DNA of 64,000 nucleotides from Botryllus schlosseri. Its lineage: Eukaryota. Location of the stretch: assembly GCA_051294905.1 (NCBI GenBank), contig CM119374.1, positions 20,708,001-20,772,000 on the forward strand, read 5' to 3'. The stretch's first letter is position 1. Each line of letters opens with the position of its first letter. Shown one piece after another: positions 34,401-46,914 of this stretch. The position numbers were made by a program, and so were the translations under genes. The notes under the pieces were generated by a model. It was not told the DNA's origin and did not search any database. It saw nothing but the letters and a program-made list of their open reading frames with translations.

Positions 34401-35960
34401 TTCGAGTATGCCACCCGATAATGTCACCATACTTCGACCGTTTACTGCAGGATTTATTGACCATTTACGACCTCGCAGTACTCGTGGCATTTGCGGGCAA
34501 GCGGGCTAATCACGCGTCATTGGAACATTTTCCCAGAAATTGCCATTCATAATATCGAAACTCTCATATCATCGCCAGGACTTTTCGCACATTCATGATC
34601 AAAGTAACGATGCATTGCTACTGACTTGAACAATGAACCCCGATTACTGACACTGCCGCATATCGGTTCTATTATTATTTGCAACCAATGATAACCGACC
34701 GAGACGCACAATCCACAAGGCACTAAATTATTATAGATTACTAACCTAGGTGTAGTATAATGCAGTGTAATATCATATATAGCAGGATGTCGAAACGAAA
34801 GAGTCCTTTCCATCAATATAACATTTACCTCTGGGTTAGTGGTATTACTATAACTTAACTTATCCCACGAAACAGTAGATTTTATGTGTCTGAATCGAAC
34901 ACGACTCTCTCAACCCAGTTTGCCGAACCTTGTGCTACCCTCTGTGATCTTCGAGTAAAAGGAACGTATTGTCTTATAGTTCCAACGGAGCTCCGCTCAG
35001 AAGTGGCCGGTATCGAAGCACTTATCTACTTTTTTGGAATACTCAAGTAGATTTGGCCTACTTACACAAGTAGTCACGATTTTAGAAGACTTGCCCATCT
35101 ACTCGAGCAGTTTTCTAGCCAAAACCACATACATTTACACGTTATAGGCTACTGCTTAACGTAGAAAGCAATATGACGTTGCAACACTTCCATAACTGGG
35201 CGAACTATAGCACTGTATCACACATCACAATATATTTTCGCAAATTGCACCTATATTTGTGCTGTCAGTAGGCGTATTGCGTTAGCCGGAACGATTTGCC
35301 ATGCAATCTCCGATTGTCTACCAAAAGCATGGAGCCCTACCTTTTTAAAACTACACGAGTACTTCTTACACCTTCGTTTTCTACTCGAAGCAGTTTAGAT
35401 ATGCTTTGAAAATTGACACCCCTACCCGAGTAGAAATTGAAAGTATTACGTCTAGTGAGTACCACTCCACCACTGACCACATTGATTACCTCCAGCTCCA
35501 CCTGCATCCAAAAAGCCCTAAAGTTGTCCTGTGTAAAGGTGAGATTTTTATGAATGCTATCTTGAGACTTGTATTGTAACTGACCACCAGTGACCAAGCT
35601 AAGCTGATATAAAGATACACCCCGAACGCAGACTGGAATCAGTTGATTACGTACACAGCTACACACACTGGCTCATTACAGATTCAATGGGGGATGTAAG
35701 GAGGAGCAAAATTTGCTACATCACGAATTCATCGCGAGTTGTGACAGCGACCAAAACTGACGTCACAACATCTACGACACCTTGTTTTGTCAAGGAATCA
35801 ATCGCCTCAGAAAGACAAGCACTGCTTCCCAGGTCAACACCGTATTCGCACACTTCACCGCAGTCATGAAACTATGCACTGTCATTCATACAAAAGGTGA
35901 TGGAGGTTGTACACAAGATTCCATAACAAAGAGTAAATAGGGAATTTCAACTGGAACACG

Positions 35961-36012
35961 TCAGGTATCTTTGCTACTCCATTCCTTCCAGCCACCTGGA
36001 AAGTGCCTTGAT
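35961..36012 (-). CDS. Rhodanese-domain gene last exon
   Basis: ttttttacag|A; SRHFPGGWKEWSSKDT*, the typical rhodanese C-terminal motif. Confidence 0.9.
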
Positions 36013-39000
36013 CTGTAAAAAATATCTAGCGTTGTCAAAGGGAATCGTCAGCAACTAGTAGAGAATTCAGAAGAACTTTGCATATCAACAGTCCTATCGC
36101 CAATTATGATGTCACAAGCATGAAATTTCAAATATTCAAGGCGCCGAAAATGTTCAAGTTAATTTCAATATGATTATAATATTCAATTGTATATTGTTAC
36201 GAGTGACGCGAGAGAAATCGTCACAGTGTACAGTTGCATTGGCAACGGATAATATATATCCTATAATTAGCATGATGGTTTAGTTGACTGACGAATGATA
36301 TGCGAAACATCGCCGAAACTAACTTTTCGAGTAACTACTGTGTATTAGGGCTGTTCAAAAATGACTTTTTTCTGGATTCCAGCCATTCGGTCATTAAATT
36401 GTCAGGTTACCCTGAAAAACGCTCCACACCAAATTTGGTTCAATTCTAACAAGTATAAGGCTCCGCAGATCCAATTCAAAATTTTAATTGAAATAGGAAA
36501 ATTGAACAAAAAAAAATTCAAATTTTTCTGTCAACCCCATGAAATTGTTGAGCTGTCTTCACAGACAATACAAAACAAATTTGACTCAATTCCAACCAGT
36601 AGAAGCGGAGTTTTTGGAGTTTTTCGTTGATAATCCTGGGATTATCCTTGAGTAGTGAATAATCCGCGGATTATCAACGAAAAACTCCAATAACTCCGTT
36701 TCTACTAGCTGGGATTGGGTCAAATTTGTTTTGCATCGTCTCTGAAGACAGCTCAACAATTTCATGGGGTGGACAGAAAATTTTGAAACATTTTTTTCTA
36801 ATTTTCCTGTTGAAATTAAAATTTTTAATTGGATCTACGGAGCCCTATACTTGTTAGAATTGAACCAAATTTGGGGTGCAGCGTTTTTTAGGGTAACCTG
36901 ACAATCTACTGACCGAATGGCTGGAATTCAGAAAAAAAGTTATTTTTGAACAGCCCTACTGTGTATGCAGTATTGCAGTATGCACGAGTGTTGGGACGAC
37001 TCAGTCACGTTATCCGAATGAATTGGCACGAGTCACCGCCCTAAAAAGACTTGAATTGAATCAGAGTTAACATATGACAAATATAGTTTTACTCGAGACA
37101 CGGAAATTTCCAATTCATCAAATATTCTACTTTGCAAAGCTAATCCTATATTTATTGTCATCTACATTTCCGTTTACGATATGATGATTGCCATCAGTAG
37201 AGACATCAAATAAAAAACAGCTTAGTAACCCCTGCCATGATGAGTGTCATTATAAAATCATTACAACCACACGTCCACGTCATTCAGATGTATATAAATG
37301 ATTTCGTTTAAATTTAGTAAAATAATTCCTCCTACATCAGGGCCGGCCAACCCGTGGCCCGCGGGCGAGAAGGTTTTGAGTGGCCCGCGAGGTAATTTCC
37401 GAAATTTCTAATATCATCAAAAATGGATTGCACTGATTGTGAACTTGCAAAGCCAACCAAAAATTTGATTAGTCTGGCCGCAACACTTGAGATATGATGA
37501 CTAAAATATCAGTTACGACGCATTGACAGATCCATCAGCCATTCACATATTGGTATATCTTCGTACACTACAATAAAGCAGAATAATTTGCGATAGATTA
37601 ATCAAAGGTTAAAATTTTCTGCAAGCTTAGCGCAACATGTTGTCACTCGATTTTTTGTTTTTAATATTGTTGCCCTTTTGTGAAAATGGAATAACACCTA
37701 ATGCATCGAGTCTAACTATACTCGCGATTACGAGACAAAGTGTCGTTCAAGATATGCGACCTTGCGTTTGCGCTGCAGTAAGACCGTCGACTATGAAACC
37801 TAGGCACGAAATGATTGACGCATGTTGGACGCAGCTTTCGATATCGATATGTCCAATGTCCATGCGCCGAATAGCCCAGTCCTCGCAAATTTAGCCCAGC
37901 GATATACAGCAGGCCCGCAATATAGTCAAGTGACAATAATATTGACCCATGAACTTCAAAATTTTTTCGCGCTTAGCGCGGATAGTTGCCCGCGCAAAAG
38001 TTCGTCAATCGAATGTGGCCCTTTGGCTGAAAAGGTTGGCCAGCCCTGTCCTACATGCTCAAACAATATTTTTTCTTGACACTAACCAAATATGAGGCCG
38101 GCGCTTCCCCTTACAGACTTCTTGCAGTGTTTCAGTCATGAAACATCACTCACATTGAATTACCGGTGTACTCGTATATGGAATTACATCGAGCATACCC
38201 TATGGGCAGCATTCTCATCAACTGACATGAATAAGAGTGACGCCTGATGTCATCTCAGTACCATAGTTTACAAACGACATAGCAGAAAGTACTAGTTCAA
38301 CGTGGTCTATCCTCTGTATTATGTATTTCAGGGGTAGTTATGACTCGACTCATTTTTTCGAATGCGTAGAATGACTCGACTTCAGTTAATTTGTGTATTG
38401 ACTCGACTTGTACTCGAGTCATTGTGCATGACTCGACACAAGTCATATGACTCGAGACTGAAATGGACAAAACAGACATTTCATTGTAACTTCGAAGAAT
38501 AGTAAAGTAACCACATGATTGGTACGTCGTCAATGAGTCCTGATACTTGAAAATATGCCCAGAAACTGTTAGGATTGAGGAAAATTACGATGTTAAGACT
38601 GTGGTGAGCCATTCTATATCACTAGAGCAGTTGAAAAAAGTGGCTTGGACCGGATTAAACTCAAAACTGAATAGTAGACACAATGACTTGGACTTGACTC
38701 TCTACTCCCTACTCGGACTTGACTCAGTGGTGAATTGGAATTGACTCGAGTCAAATATATTAAAGTGGGATTGACTTGAGACTCGGAACCTCGTGACTTG
38801 GTTACAATACCGAATGCATCCGATTATTAAAATCAGATGATACAAATAGAAAATATTTGATGGCTTGAAATTGACACAAATCGGAATATTAGAAAAGATT
38901 CGACACGAGTCGCTCTGAAAATTTGCGCGACTTAACAAATTTTGACATGACTCGAGTCAGAAATTGCCATGAAGGAAAATGAATCGCGTCTCGACGGTAG

Positions 39001-42000
39001 AGACTTGATCCCAACATCCCAGCTTTGAATCTGAGGGAGGCCATTCCTGAATTCGATTCCACCTACTTTGTAAATCCCAATGTGTGCGCGATTCTCAGAG
39101 CGAATGTGCTTCTTCCGCCTTGAAGGCAATGAAAAACAATATCTTCGGCATCTTTCGATGGTTTGTCCATTCCGTACTGGCTCTTAAATTCGGAATTGGA
39201 CATCTGAAATGCTTCGGCTAAAAACAATAGAAAGGGTCAGTCTCAAGCCTAAAACGGATCTTACTGAATTTAATCATGCAAGATATGTTGGAAAATCAGT
39301 TGATCAACAAGGTATTCACTGCCTCACCCATAATTTCAAGATGGTACCATCAGCAGCCATCGTGAGAGAATTGTGCTACCACAACGTAGCAAGGAGAGCA
39401 ATTTAGTTCGACTCTTCCACAATTCTCGATGACTCAAAATATCATTCCCCAATGGTGACTTATGAATAACAAACCGAATTTGAAGCGTTTAGATTTACAG
39501 CTAGATCTCTTGTGTTCCTCATAACGCATACACAGGGCCAACGCCGCATCACCAAGCGCATATGAGAACATATGTCCTTGTGACATGCTAGGGCCTCTGA
39601 TTTAGTGTATTCAATTGGCTAATAATTTCACTATATGTGTTGTGAAAATATGATCTACAATATTATACACTATGTACAATTGTACATTGTACATGTACAG
39701 GCTTGATAGTGACGCATCCCACTAAAAAACAAAGGTATGGTTGCAGAGGTAACATTTGACCAGCTCGGTCATGCAAGCGATCAGCACATTTTGAGTCTGA
39801 CATCTTGATCTACATGTTAAAGGGGCACTGCGCTCTAAAAATGATGTGGTCTCAAATTGAAGGTAAAAACAAACAAAAATTTTTGGCCACTGCCATTTCC
39901 TTCAGAACGCCACCGTAATGGAGCTGCAATTTATTGAAATACTACAAGACCAGCTGCCGCGGCTGCTTAACCCGTTACATGGCATGATATCTTCACCGTC
40001 GCAATTGCTCGACGCGATTAGGCAGTCACGCAGAGAACGAATTTTAGATAGTTGTCAGCCGATGTCATGAAGGAAATGTGTCTAAGTTTCGTTCTCTGCG
40101 TGACTGCCTTATCGCGTCCAGCAAGTGCGACGATGAAGACATCGTGCCATGACTGCCATGTAACGGGTTAAGCAGCCGCGGCAGCTGGTCTTGTAGTATT
40201 TCAATAAATTGCAGCTCCATTACGGTGGTGTTCTGAAGGAAATGGCAGCGGCCAAAAATTTTTGTTCGTTTTTACCTTCAATTTGAGACATCATTTTTAG
40301 AGCGCAGTGCCCCCCCCCCTCCCCTTTAAGCGATTTTGGTCCTTTACATCACAGCATTGGAATTATGATCGAGAACTCACCGACTTCTTGAACCGGTATG
40401 TGAACGAACCGCTTTGCAGGTATCCTGCCTGCGTCAACTTCGTCCTGTCGGCGGACATCGACGACTAACACATTGTCATTTTCGATATCATCCTTCAGCT
40501 CATCAAGGGTCGTGCAATACTGATCTCTGCAGCGAATGGAATCGAAACGATAAATGAAATTGAAACCTCAATTGGACTTTGGACGTAAGAGGTTTTTAAT
40601 GAAACAGGCACTGAATAACCAACATAAAATACATTCATTAATGATTCAATGGATATCCAAGTGCCAATCACTTGAAAGAAGCGCATTACTGACCAAAATA
40701 ATAATAAATTTTATCATCATCATTTTCATCAAATCAATACACCACACTATAGCGATAAAATGACAAGATAGGAGGGTGCCGAAACAACTTGGGGCAGTCT
40801 TTTAATCAGACCCCCACCTTGGCCTACAGCATGTAATGGAACTTGAGTAGGTAGGGGAATATGTGTACATTCGACAAAAACTTTTGCTTTCTTAACATAT
40901 CTGCTTTAAATTCCTCAGTTCTGCATTTATTCATTAGCTCACTATGTAAGCTCTAGATAAGATTAATAATAATAACCATTTTTATCAAAGGGCGATTATA
41001 GCTTCCATGTGGAATTAAACGTTAATGAAATTTTTTTCATTTTTGACACCATTTTTCAACTTCTTTGCAGACAGCATAAAAATGGTTGTTGCATATCCAA
41101 ATATTGCTCAAGTTTGTGATAGTTGATCATACTGCAAGGTATGGCAATGCATTTTGTCAATGGTTGTAAGAGTAAGTTTTAATTTGAAGATTATTTTTTG
41201 AGGGTGATTTGGGTATAGTCTAAATTAGGGGTGGGTTAAATTGAGTATACTACTGAACTAGAACTTTCTTTGTTGCGCCACCATCAGAGAGGTTGTAGAA
41301 ACTCTTTTGAATCTTGTTGTTCTGATTTTGTTACACAAACAGTATCAGACATGCTCAGTAGGGTTGTCCATAATTTGGAAAATCTCAAAATTTATGCGTA
41401 TCCATGTCTCATTCCATAGATTATAGTTATAAAACGTCAATGAACCTGCAATAAGCTCACGGGAAAGTCGTTAGCATTTGTCTAAATGCGTTTGAAAGTA
41501 GCTGCCACAGAGTGGGCGTGTTAGCGACCACAGAACGGCAAGCAGACTAGTTATCACGAAATCACGGCGTTTGATTAGCTAATCTGCTACGCTTCAATGA
41601 TCACGACATTGGCGGCTTGTTGATCAGCTGGTCAATGAATCGGCTAACGGCGGTGATTCTGTAAGCGCATTGTAGGTTGGTCCGAATATCATGATTTAGG
41701 ATTAATTCAGAACATGTTGAGTAACGAAACACATGATGAACAAAGAAAAGCTGCTTCACAATATCTTTAAATACATGACATGATGGCTTATTGTGAAGGT
41801 AACCGTTGTAGCCGGTATGCCTTGATTTCATTGATGGAAAGCACAAAAACAAGCGGAAAAATATTGCAAAGGCGCTTATGCAAGTGGCAAACGAATTTCT
41901 GGTTTCAGAGGGGATGTACCATCAGTGAATACAAATATAAAGCTTGACATTGACACTACTTTGTCTGATCTTATTAGGCTGTTGTCGTGGTATACAATTG

Positions 42001-45000
42001 AAGTCTTGAATGCTGTAAGGGCTGGATGAATCTGTCATTTATGCTTGGCACTTGTCAAATTATTGCAGCATAATGAATCATACCCGCAAGTGCTGTTAAA
42101 GTCCTCAATGATGCCGCGAAAAGAGGTCTAAAGATAAGCACAGACTATGCTGGTAGGACCAGCAAAAAGACAGTTTGCTTGCATTGCTTAGCATGTCCTT
42201 AATGAATCTTAGATCATTACCGGCTGCATCACAGCTAATGCTTGAATCAAACCAGACATGGACATAAAAATGATCTATTAAAGCGGTGTGGTAGTTACAC
42301 TCTTCTTCAGAAATCCAATGTAAGCTACCTGGTCGGCCCACACATCTTCTGAGCATACAGGATTGTGTCCAGAATCCATATCACATGGTGTGCTGCACCA
42401 GTTTGGCGATGTCTAATATACCTTACCTGCACCCAGAAAAACAGGACCACTTGGTGTAATCTCAAGCATATCAGATATGTAGGCTATTTCTGGTATCTAT
42501 ACTCACTTCTATAAGTTCACAATCATTCGCTGTTTCACCTCTGTCATGCCTGCAATAGGTTATTGTTGCACTAAAGCTATCGGTACCTAGTTTTAACACT
42601 AAAACATTCAATGACCAGATCTCTCATTTTATTATTAAATCACCAACGTACAATGCGCTTACAGAATCATTGCCGTTAGCGAACTTCTTGAACTAGTATA
42701 AGCACATAATCAGCAAGCCGCTGTGGTCGTGACCATTCAAGCATAGCTGATTAACCAATCAAGAGACTTGATTTCGTGATTACTAGTCTTCTCGCCGTTC
42801 TATGGTCGCTAACACGCCCACTCTACGGCAGCTACTTTCAAACGCATTTAGACAAATGGTAACGACTTTCCTATGAGCTTATTGCAGGTTCATTGATGTT
42901 TTTTATCAATAATCTACAGAATGAAACATGGAAACGCATCTTTTGTGAGATTTTCCAAATTATGGACAACCCTAATGCTCAGGTATTATAAAAAGATGCG
43001 AACCCCCAAATTTGCATCATGCACCACATGAATAGGATCAGGCTGTCAAAGAAAGTAAGGCAGGAAGGAGCTGTTATAATAGAGTCTGGAAGTCCCTATG
43101 AAACACTTATAACAAAGTTAATTAGAGCAACACAGAAAATTGTAGCCACACGAGCAAGAATCAGTCGAAGAAAGTGACGAGATGAAAAGTTTGACTCGAG
43201 CAATTACTTACACAGTACTCTCAATAATAATGAAAAGGGAATCAAGAAATGATTTAGCTAGTCGTAATGCCAAAAGAAGGCATGTTCACTTGATCAGGCC
43301 GTAACTGGTGAGGTGCTGACATCAGAAGAAACCATGACCTGACTTCAAGACAGTGGTTCCCAATGTGGGCGATTTGGCGGTCTAGGGGGGCGATAGGGGG
43401 CAAAAATGGACAAAGGGGGCGACAGGGGGCGAAAATAGCGAAGGGGGCGATGGCGCGTTAAAACGGCTAAATTGGAGCCAAGTCGGAGAAATGACCTTTT
43501 TTTTTTCAAGTCAACCCACGAAAATTTAGCTGCAAAAGCGTGAAAGTTCGACATCAAGCCGAAAAGTAATTTAATATAAAAAAAAAAGAAGCAATTTTTC
43601 AAAGTGAAAGCACCAATTTCAGAAAGGAGAGGGGTTGTCAAATTTGATTTGAATCCTAACAATTAGTGAAACTTTGACATCTAATTATTTTGTTCAGCTG
43701 TTCCTTCTGAAAAAGTTTCTGTTTAAGCAACAATAACAGATCTTGTTCCAGTTTCTTTTTTAGAAACATATAAATATACTTAGTTTTCCCATACAATGGG
43801 TCATTTGGGTATAACATGGGGATAAGGCTTGCTTCAAGTACAATTTAGACAGTATACTCAATTTTCCCACAAAATTGGGGTAAACTGAGTATACTAATGT
43901 GTAAAAAAATATCACAATATTTTATCACTGCGAGTAAATTGAATCTTCAATTGATTTGCAACCGAAAATTCAACCATACAATGTCACAAATATCAACCAG
44001 CCCCCTTTTTATTTGACTGCTTATGAAAATGACAGCTGCTCAAACTTGAAAATACACTCAAATTCCCCCACCCCCTCCTCCTAGATAAGTGGGTTTGAAG
44101 GTAAGTAGATTGCAGGTTTGAAGAGCACACGCAGGTGTCGCCAGGGGCGTAACTGACACACCTCAATCCCCTAGGGGGGCAAGGTCTAAGGGTGCCCCAA
44201 ATTATTTCATAATCCAAACTGAATAAAGAGTATTTTCGGTCAGATTTATTCCATTTCAATTTTTCTTTGCACGGTTTACTGTCACCAGATTTCTTGATTT
44301 TGATATCGGTACCCCATTCTGAAAAAATTAACTCAATTTACACAAATGAGTCTAACTGTATTCGCCAATAATATGAAAAATGGCATATGGTGAATATGGT
44401 ATAACATGACTTGAACTTGAGACTGAACAGCAAACACCATGACTCGGACTCAATTCAACCCGTTGCTCTCTGACTTGACTCGGTTGTGACTTGAAAATGA
44501 CTCGACTTGAAAAGTCAAAACTATAAAAGTCAAATTGACTTGTTACTTGGTTATAACCCTGTAACCCCGTATCTTAGCATTTCGCGTAGGTAAAAATCAA
44601 GCATCACATCGTACGCTAGTTGGGTGGCGATAAGGCACCCAATTAACGTTCTCTAATCTGTACTCCATCAATTTTTCTCACCCCTTCTCCACCTCATCGA
44701 ACGCAAGTCGTCTTTGCGTTGCGTGAATTAATGCAAGTTGCTGAAAATTGTAACATTTCTTCGGAGAATGAACGGATAGTCTGAGAGACGATGCTGCGTG
44801 TGGGCCGCGAAAAATAGTCCGAGTCTGAACGCTGGTACATCTACAAAATGTCAAACAGAATCATATCAGTTGCGGTCAGTAATGCATTGACACTTCTATT
44901 GGTGAGGTTATCAGAAACAAAGTATACTTGTATACTTTATCGAATTCGGTTTTGCCGATTTGAACTCGACTGGTAATGATTTTAGACTACAACAGTTTTC

Positions 45001-45488
45001 AGTATTTTAGCTAAAACTAGGCTTAGAATACTTGCATTTTAATTACTTTGAAATCGCTACTTATACTTGTACTTGATTTTTATGATGTTCAACTTGAATA
45101 CCAACGATGACTACTTCAACCCCCATGTCCACAACATCTTAATTTGACAACTTTCAAAGTGTTTCCTAATTCCCAAATTCTGTAGGAAAAGATTACCACA
45201 GTCCACAGTAATAATTTGCATTGTTATACAAGCGTAATCATCACCATTACCCGGTAATGTTTCATTCAGAATTGTATATAGATTTTCCTGTAACACCAGC
45301 CTAAAAATAACAAAATTACTAATTGTGTTATATAACCAACACAGCCTATGCTCAGCTCAATGCTCACCTTACTTTAGCAATTTAAAAGGAAGCTAAAAAA
45401 CATATGTTGCCTACCTTTTTGCCAACGTATCAATTAGTCGCGAGCTTCTAGCCAAGCTTTGGCAGGATTTCAGCATCTGCGCGTTCAT
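35961..45488 (-). CDS. Single-domain rhodanese / thiosulfate sulfurtransferase-like protein (TSTD1/TSTD3-like), 5 exons, ~193 aa, N-terminal mitochondrial-type presequence
   Basis: Exons 45415-45488, 44682-44840, 40381-40526, 39067-39217 and 35961-36012 join in phase (582 nt). Motifs: VLVVDVRRQDE..GRIP, active-site loop VFHCLQGGRS, SRHFPGGWKEW. The gene is entirely missed by the ORF track. Confidence 0.88.
36346..36958. mobile_element. Foldback (near-palindromic) MITE, 613 bp
   Basis: TAGGGCTGTTCAAAAA.../...TTTTTGAACAGCCCTA; arms are complementary almost to the centre; perfect 8-bp TSD ctgtgtat. Confidence 0.9.
37338..38048. mobile_element. Non-autonomous hAT element, 711 bp
   Basis: TIR CAGGGCCGGCCAACC/GGTTGGCCAGCCCTG, perfect 8-bp TSD tcctacat, ggcccgcg subterminal motifs. 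Confidence 0.9.
38329..38812. mobile_element. 'GACTCGAGTC' MITE copy (rhodanese intron 4), degenerate ends
   Basis: Colinear reverse match to the 7439-7864 copy. Confidence 0.75.
39067..39217 (-). CDS. Rhodanese-domain gene exon 4 (catalytic Cys loop)
   Basis: gtttttag|CC...AA|gtaggt; EAFQMSNSEFKSQYGMDKPSKDAEDIVFHCLQGGRSTFALRIAHTLGF. Confidence 0.92.
39821..40325. mobile_element. Foldback MITE with TTAA target duplication (Kolobok-like termini AGGGG...CCCCT)
   Basis: TTAA at 39817-39820 and 40326-40329; arms of ~200 bp are nearly perfect inverted copies. Confidence 0.85.
40381..40526 (-). CDS. Rhodanese-domain gene exon 3
   Basis: cgctgcag|A...GTC G|gtgagt; LDELKDDIENDNVLVVDVRRQDEVDAGRIPAKRFVHIP. 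Confidence 0.92.
41359..42974. mobile_element. Non-autonomous long-TIR DNA transposon, 1616 bp, with a possible RecQ-like coding remnant
   Basis: Termini TAGGGTTGTCCATAATTTGGAAAATCTC and its reverse complement; TIRs ~320 bp; perfect 8-bp TSD atgctcag. Confidence 0.88.
44405..44561. mobile_element. Truncated 'GACTCGAGTC' MITE end
   Basis: gactcg repeats, ...aaaactataaaagt..., terminal GGTTATAACCCTG. Confidence 0.65.
44682..44840 (-). CDS. Rhodanese-domain gene exon 2 (presequence continuation)
   Basis: Strong acceptor tttgacattttgtag, donor GG|gtgaga, phase 2 to 2, open frame CTSVQTRTIFRGPHAASSLRLSVH...RRLAFDEVEKG. Confidence 0.65.
45415..45488 (-). CDS. Rhodanese-domain gene exon 1 (MNAQMLKSCQSLARSSRLIDTLAKR)
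   Basis: ATG at 45488, donor AG|gtaggc, phase 2; R/S/L-rich composition. Confidence 0.65.
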
Positions 45489-46914
45489 TGTACAAAATTA
45501 AAAATTATCAACACCCCTGCAATTCTGCAAATACAACGCAGGCTGATAAATGTAAGGCTTACAGTATCAGCCTAAACAAATCAAATGATAGCAGTGCAAT
45601 AAAAATTGCAGGGAGGGAAAATTGTCAGGGGTGCTGATTTTGTCAGCACGAAATCGTATAAACGACGCTTAACATTGTTGTCGAGAAAAATATTCTCCGT
45701 ATACATGCAGTCGTTTCAGTGATCTGTTTTTCATTAAAATGTTCAGGTGACACGTAAACCGGAAGTGTACTTGCTATTTTTGCAGTGAAAACTGAAAACA
45801 TATGGTGTACACATTAAATAGAACTCACGAGAGTAAAAAGATCCAAAAAATTATTCGGACATAATCAATTCATCACAAAAAAATTTAAAATGAATATTTA
45901 CTGTAAATCGGTGCTAATGAATATAGGATACAGACGATGCTCCAATTACGAGCCGCAACCTCCCCTGCGTTGAGTCCGCCACCGGCCCATCGCACTGCAC
46001 AGATAACGTACCGGTACCAGTTCAAGCACCGCAACGGTCATAATTCGATATCTGACTGACGGGCCTAAAATTTCCCTGTAGCTGCATATAAAACTAGTCA
46101 AGGAGGGCGTGTCATCACAAATCATATGAGCCGGTTGTGCATCTACAGGCCCACGGAATTTGTAATCTATAATGAATCACTGCTGTAGCCTGTACGCCCT
46201 GCTGTAAATCTACAATGCAACTCCACTGCACTGCAGTAACTGCAAAAGATCACTCCGCAGATGATTATCTGATCACAGAATATCGAAAATCTTGCTTTCG
46301 TCAATTGGCTTCCGATATGCTTGATTGGACATTTTGTCGCTGGCCAAGAGGTCAACCAACTAAAAATTTAATAAAGCTGGTTTTCATCGAAAGCTACTGT
46401 GGCAATGATATCGAAAAATAAATTGTAATCAGCTCAGCTTACTGGACACTGGACATAATGCGTTTAGTTTGTTTACATTTATCTGCTTTTACGTACACTT
46501 GAGTAGCTGTCTTCGCTACTGACCACCTCTACTCCAAACAAGATAACGAGTGACCTTGGCATTGTACTGCATTTTTATCAAAATATTAATCATTTTATCA
46601 CTACGTTGATCTCGTTAGTTACATCTCCATCAACATGATAACTATAATGCAACATCAATGTCTGTCGTTAGCACCGTCGTTTGCACAGTCTCCGCCGTCA
46701 TTTCGAATTAACAATTGTAAAAGTCAAAACAACTGTTTTAGTACTATTGGTATTTACTATTTATATTTGCTTATTGCTGATTGGTATTGGTATACTGCCA
46801 ATACTGTGGGTAAGTTATTAGACAACCTTCCAAGCTGATGCGCACGACATATATTGCGGAACACGCACACCTACCAACTGGCACACCACATCAATACGTT
46901 CACAAAAGAATGAA
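45489..46914. promoter_or_regulatory. Putative bidirectional promoter region between the rhodanese gene and PLEKHM2
   Basis: Divergent ATGs 1.4 kb apart; ETS/GABP-type motif CCGGAAGTG at 45759-45767; CpG-richer patch at ~45940-46070. Function is inferred only. Confidence 0.5.

Noticed and set aside
35337-35666. 109-aa minus-strand ORF downstream of the rhodanese stop, ending near a good donor (35340)
   Set aside because: Its 3' half lies within a CAGAAGTGG/CCACCACTG MITE (34998-35475); no homology recognised
41071-41138. + strand exon-like segment with strong acceptor and donor
   Set aside because: Stops in all three frames and no partner exon found; a non-coding antisense exon cannot be supported without RNA data
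45060-45300. Alternative candidate exons in rhodanese intron 1 (acceptors at 45301 and 45182)
   Set aside because: They hit stops or give incompatible phases; 44682-44840 fits without conflict
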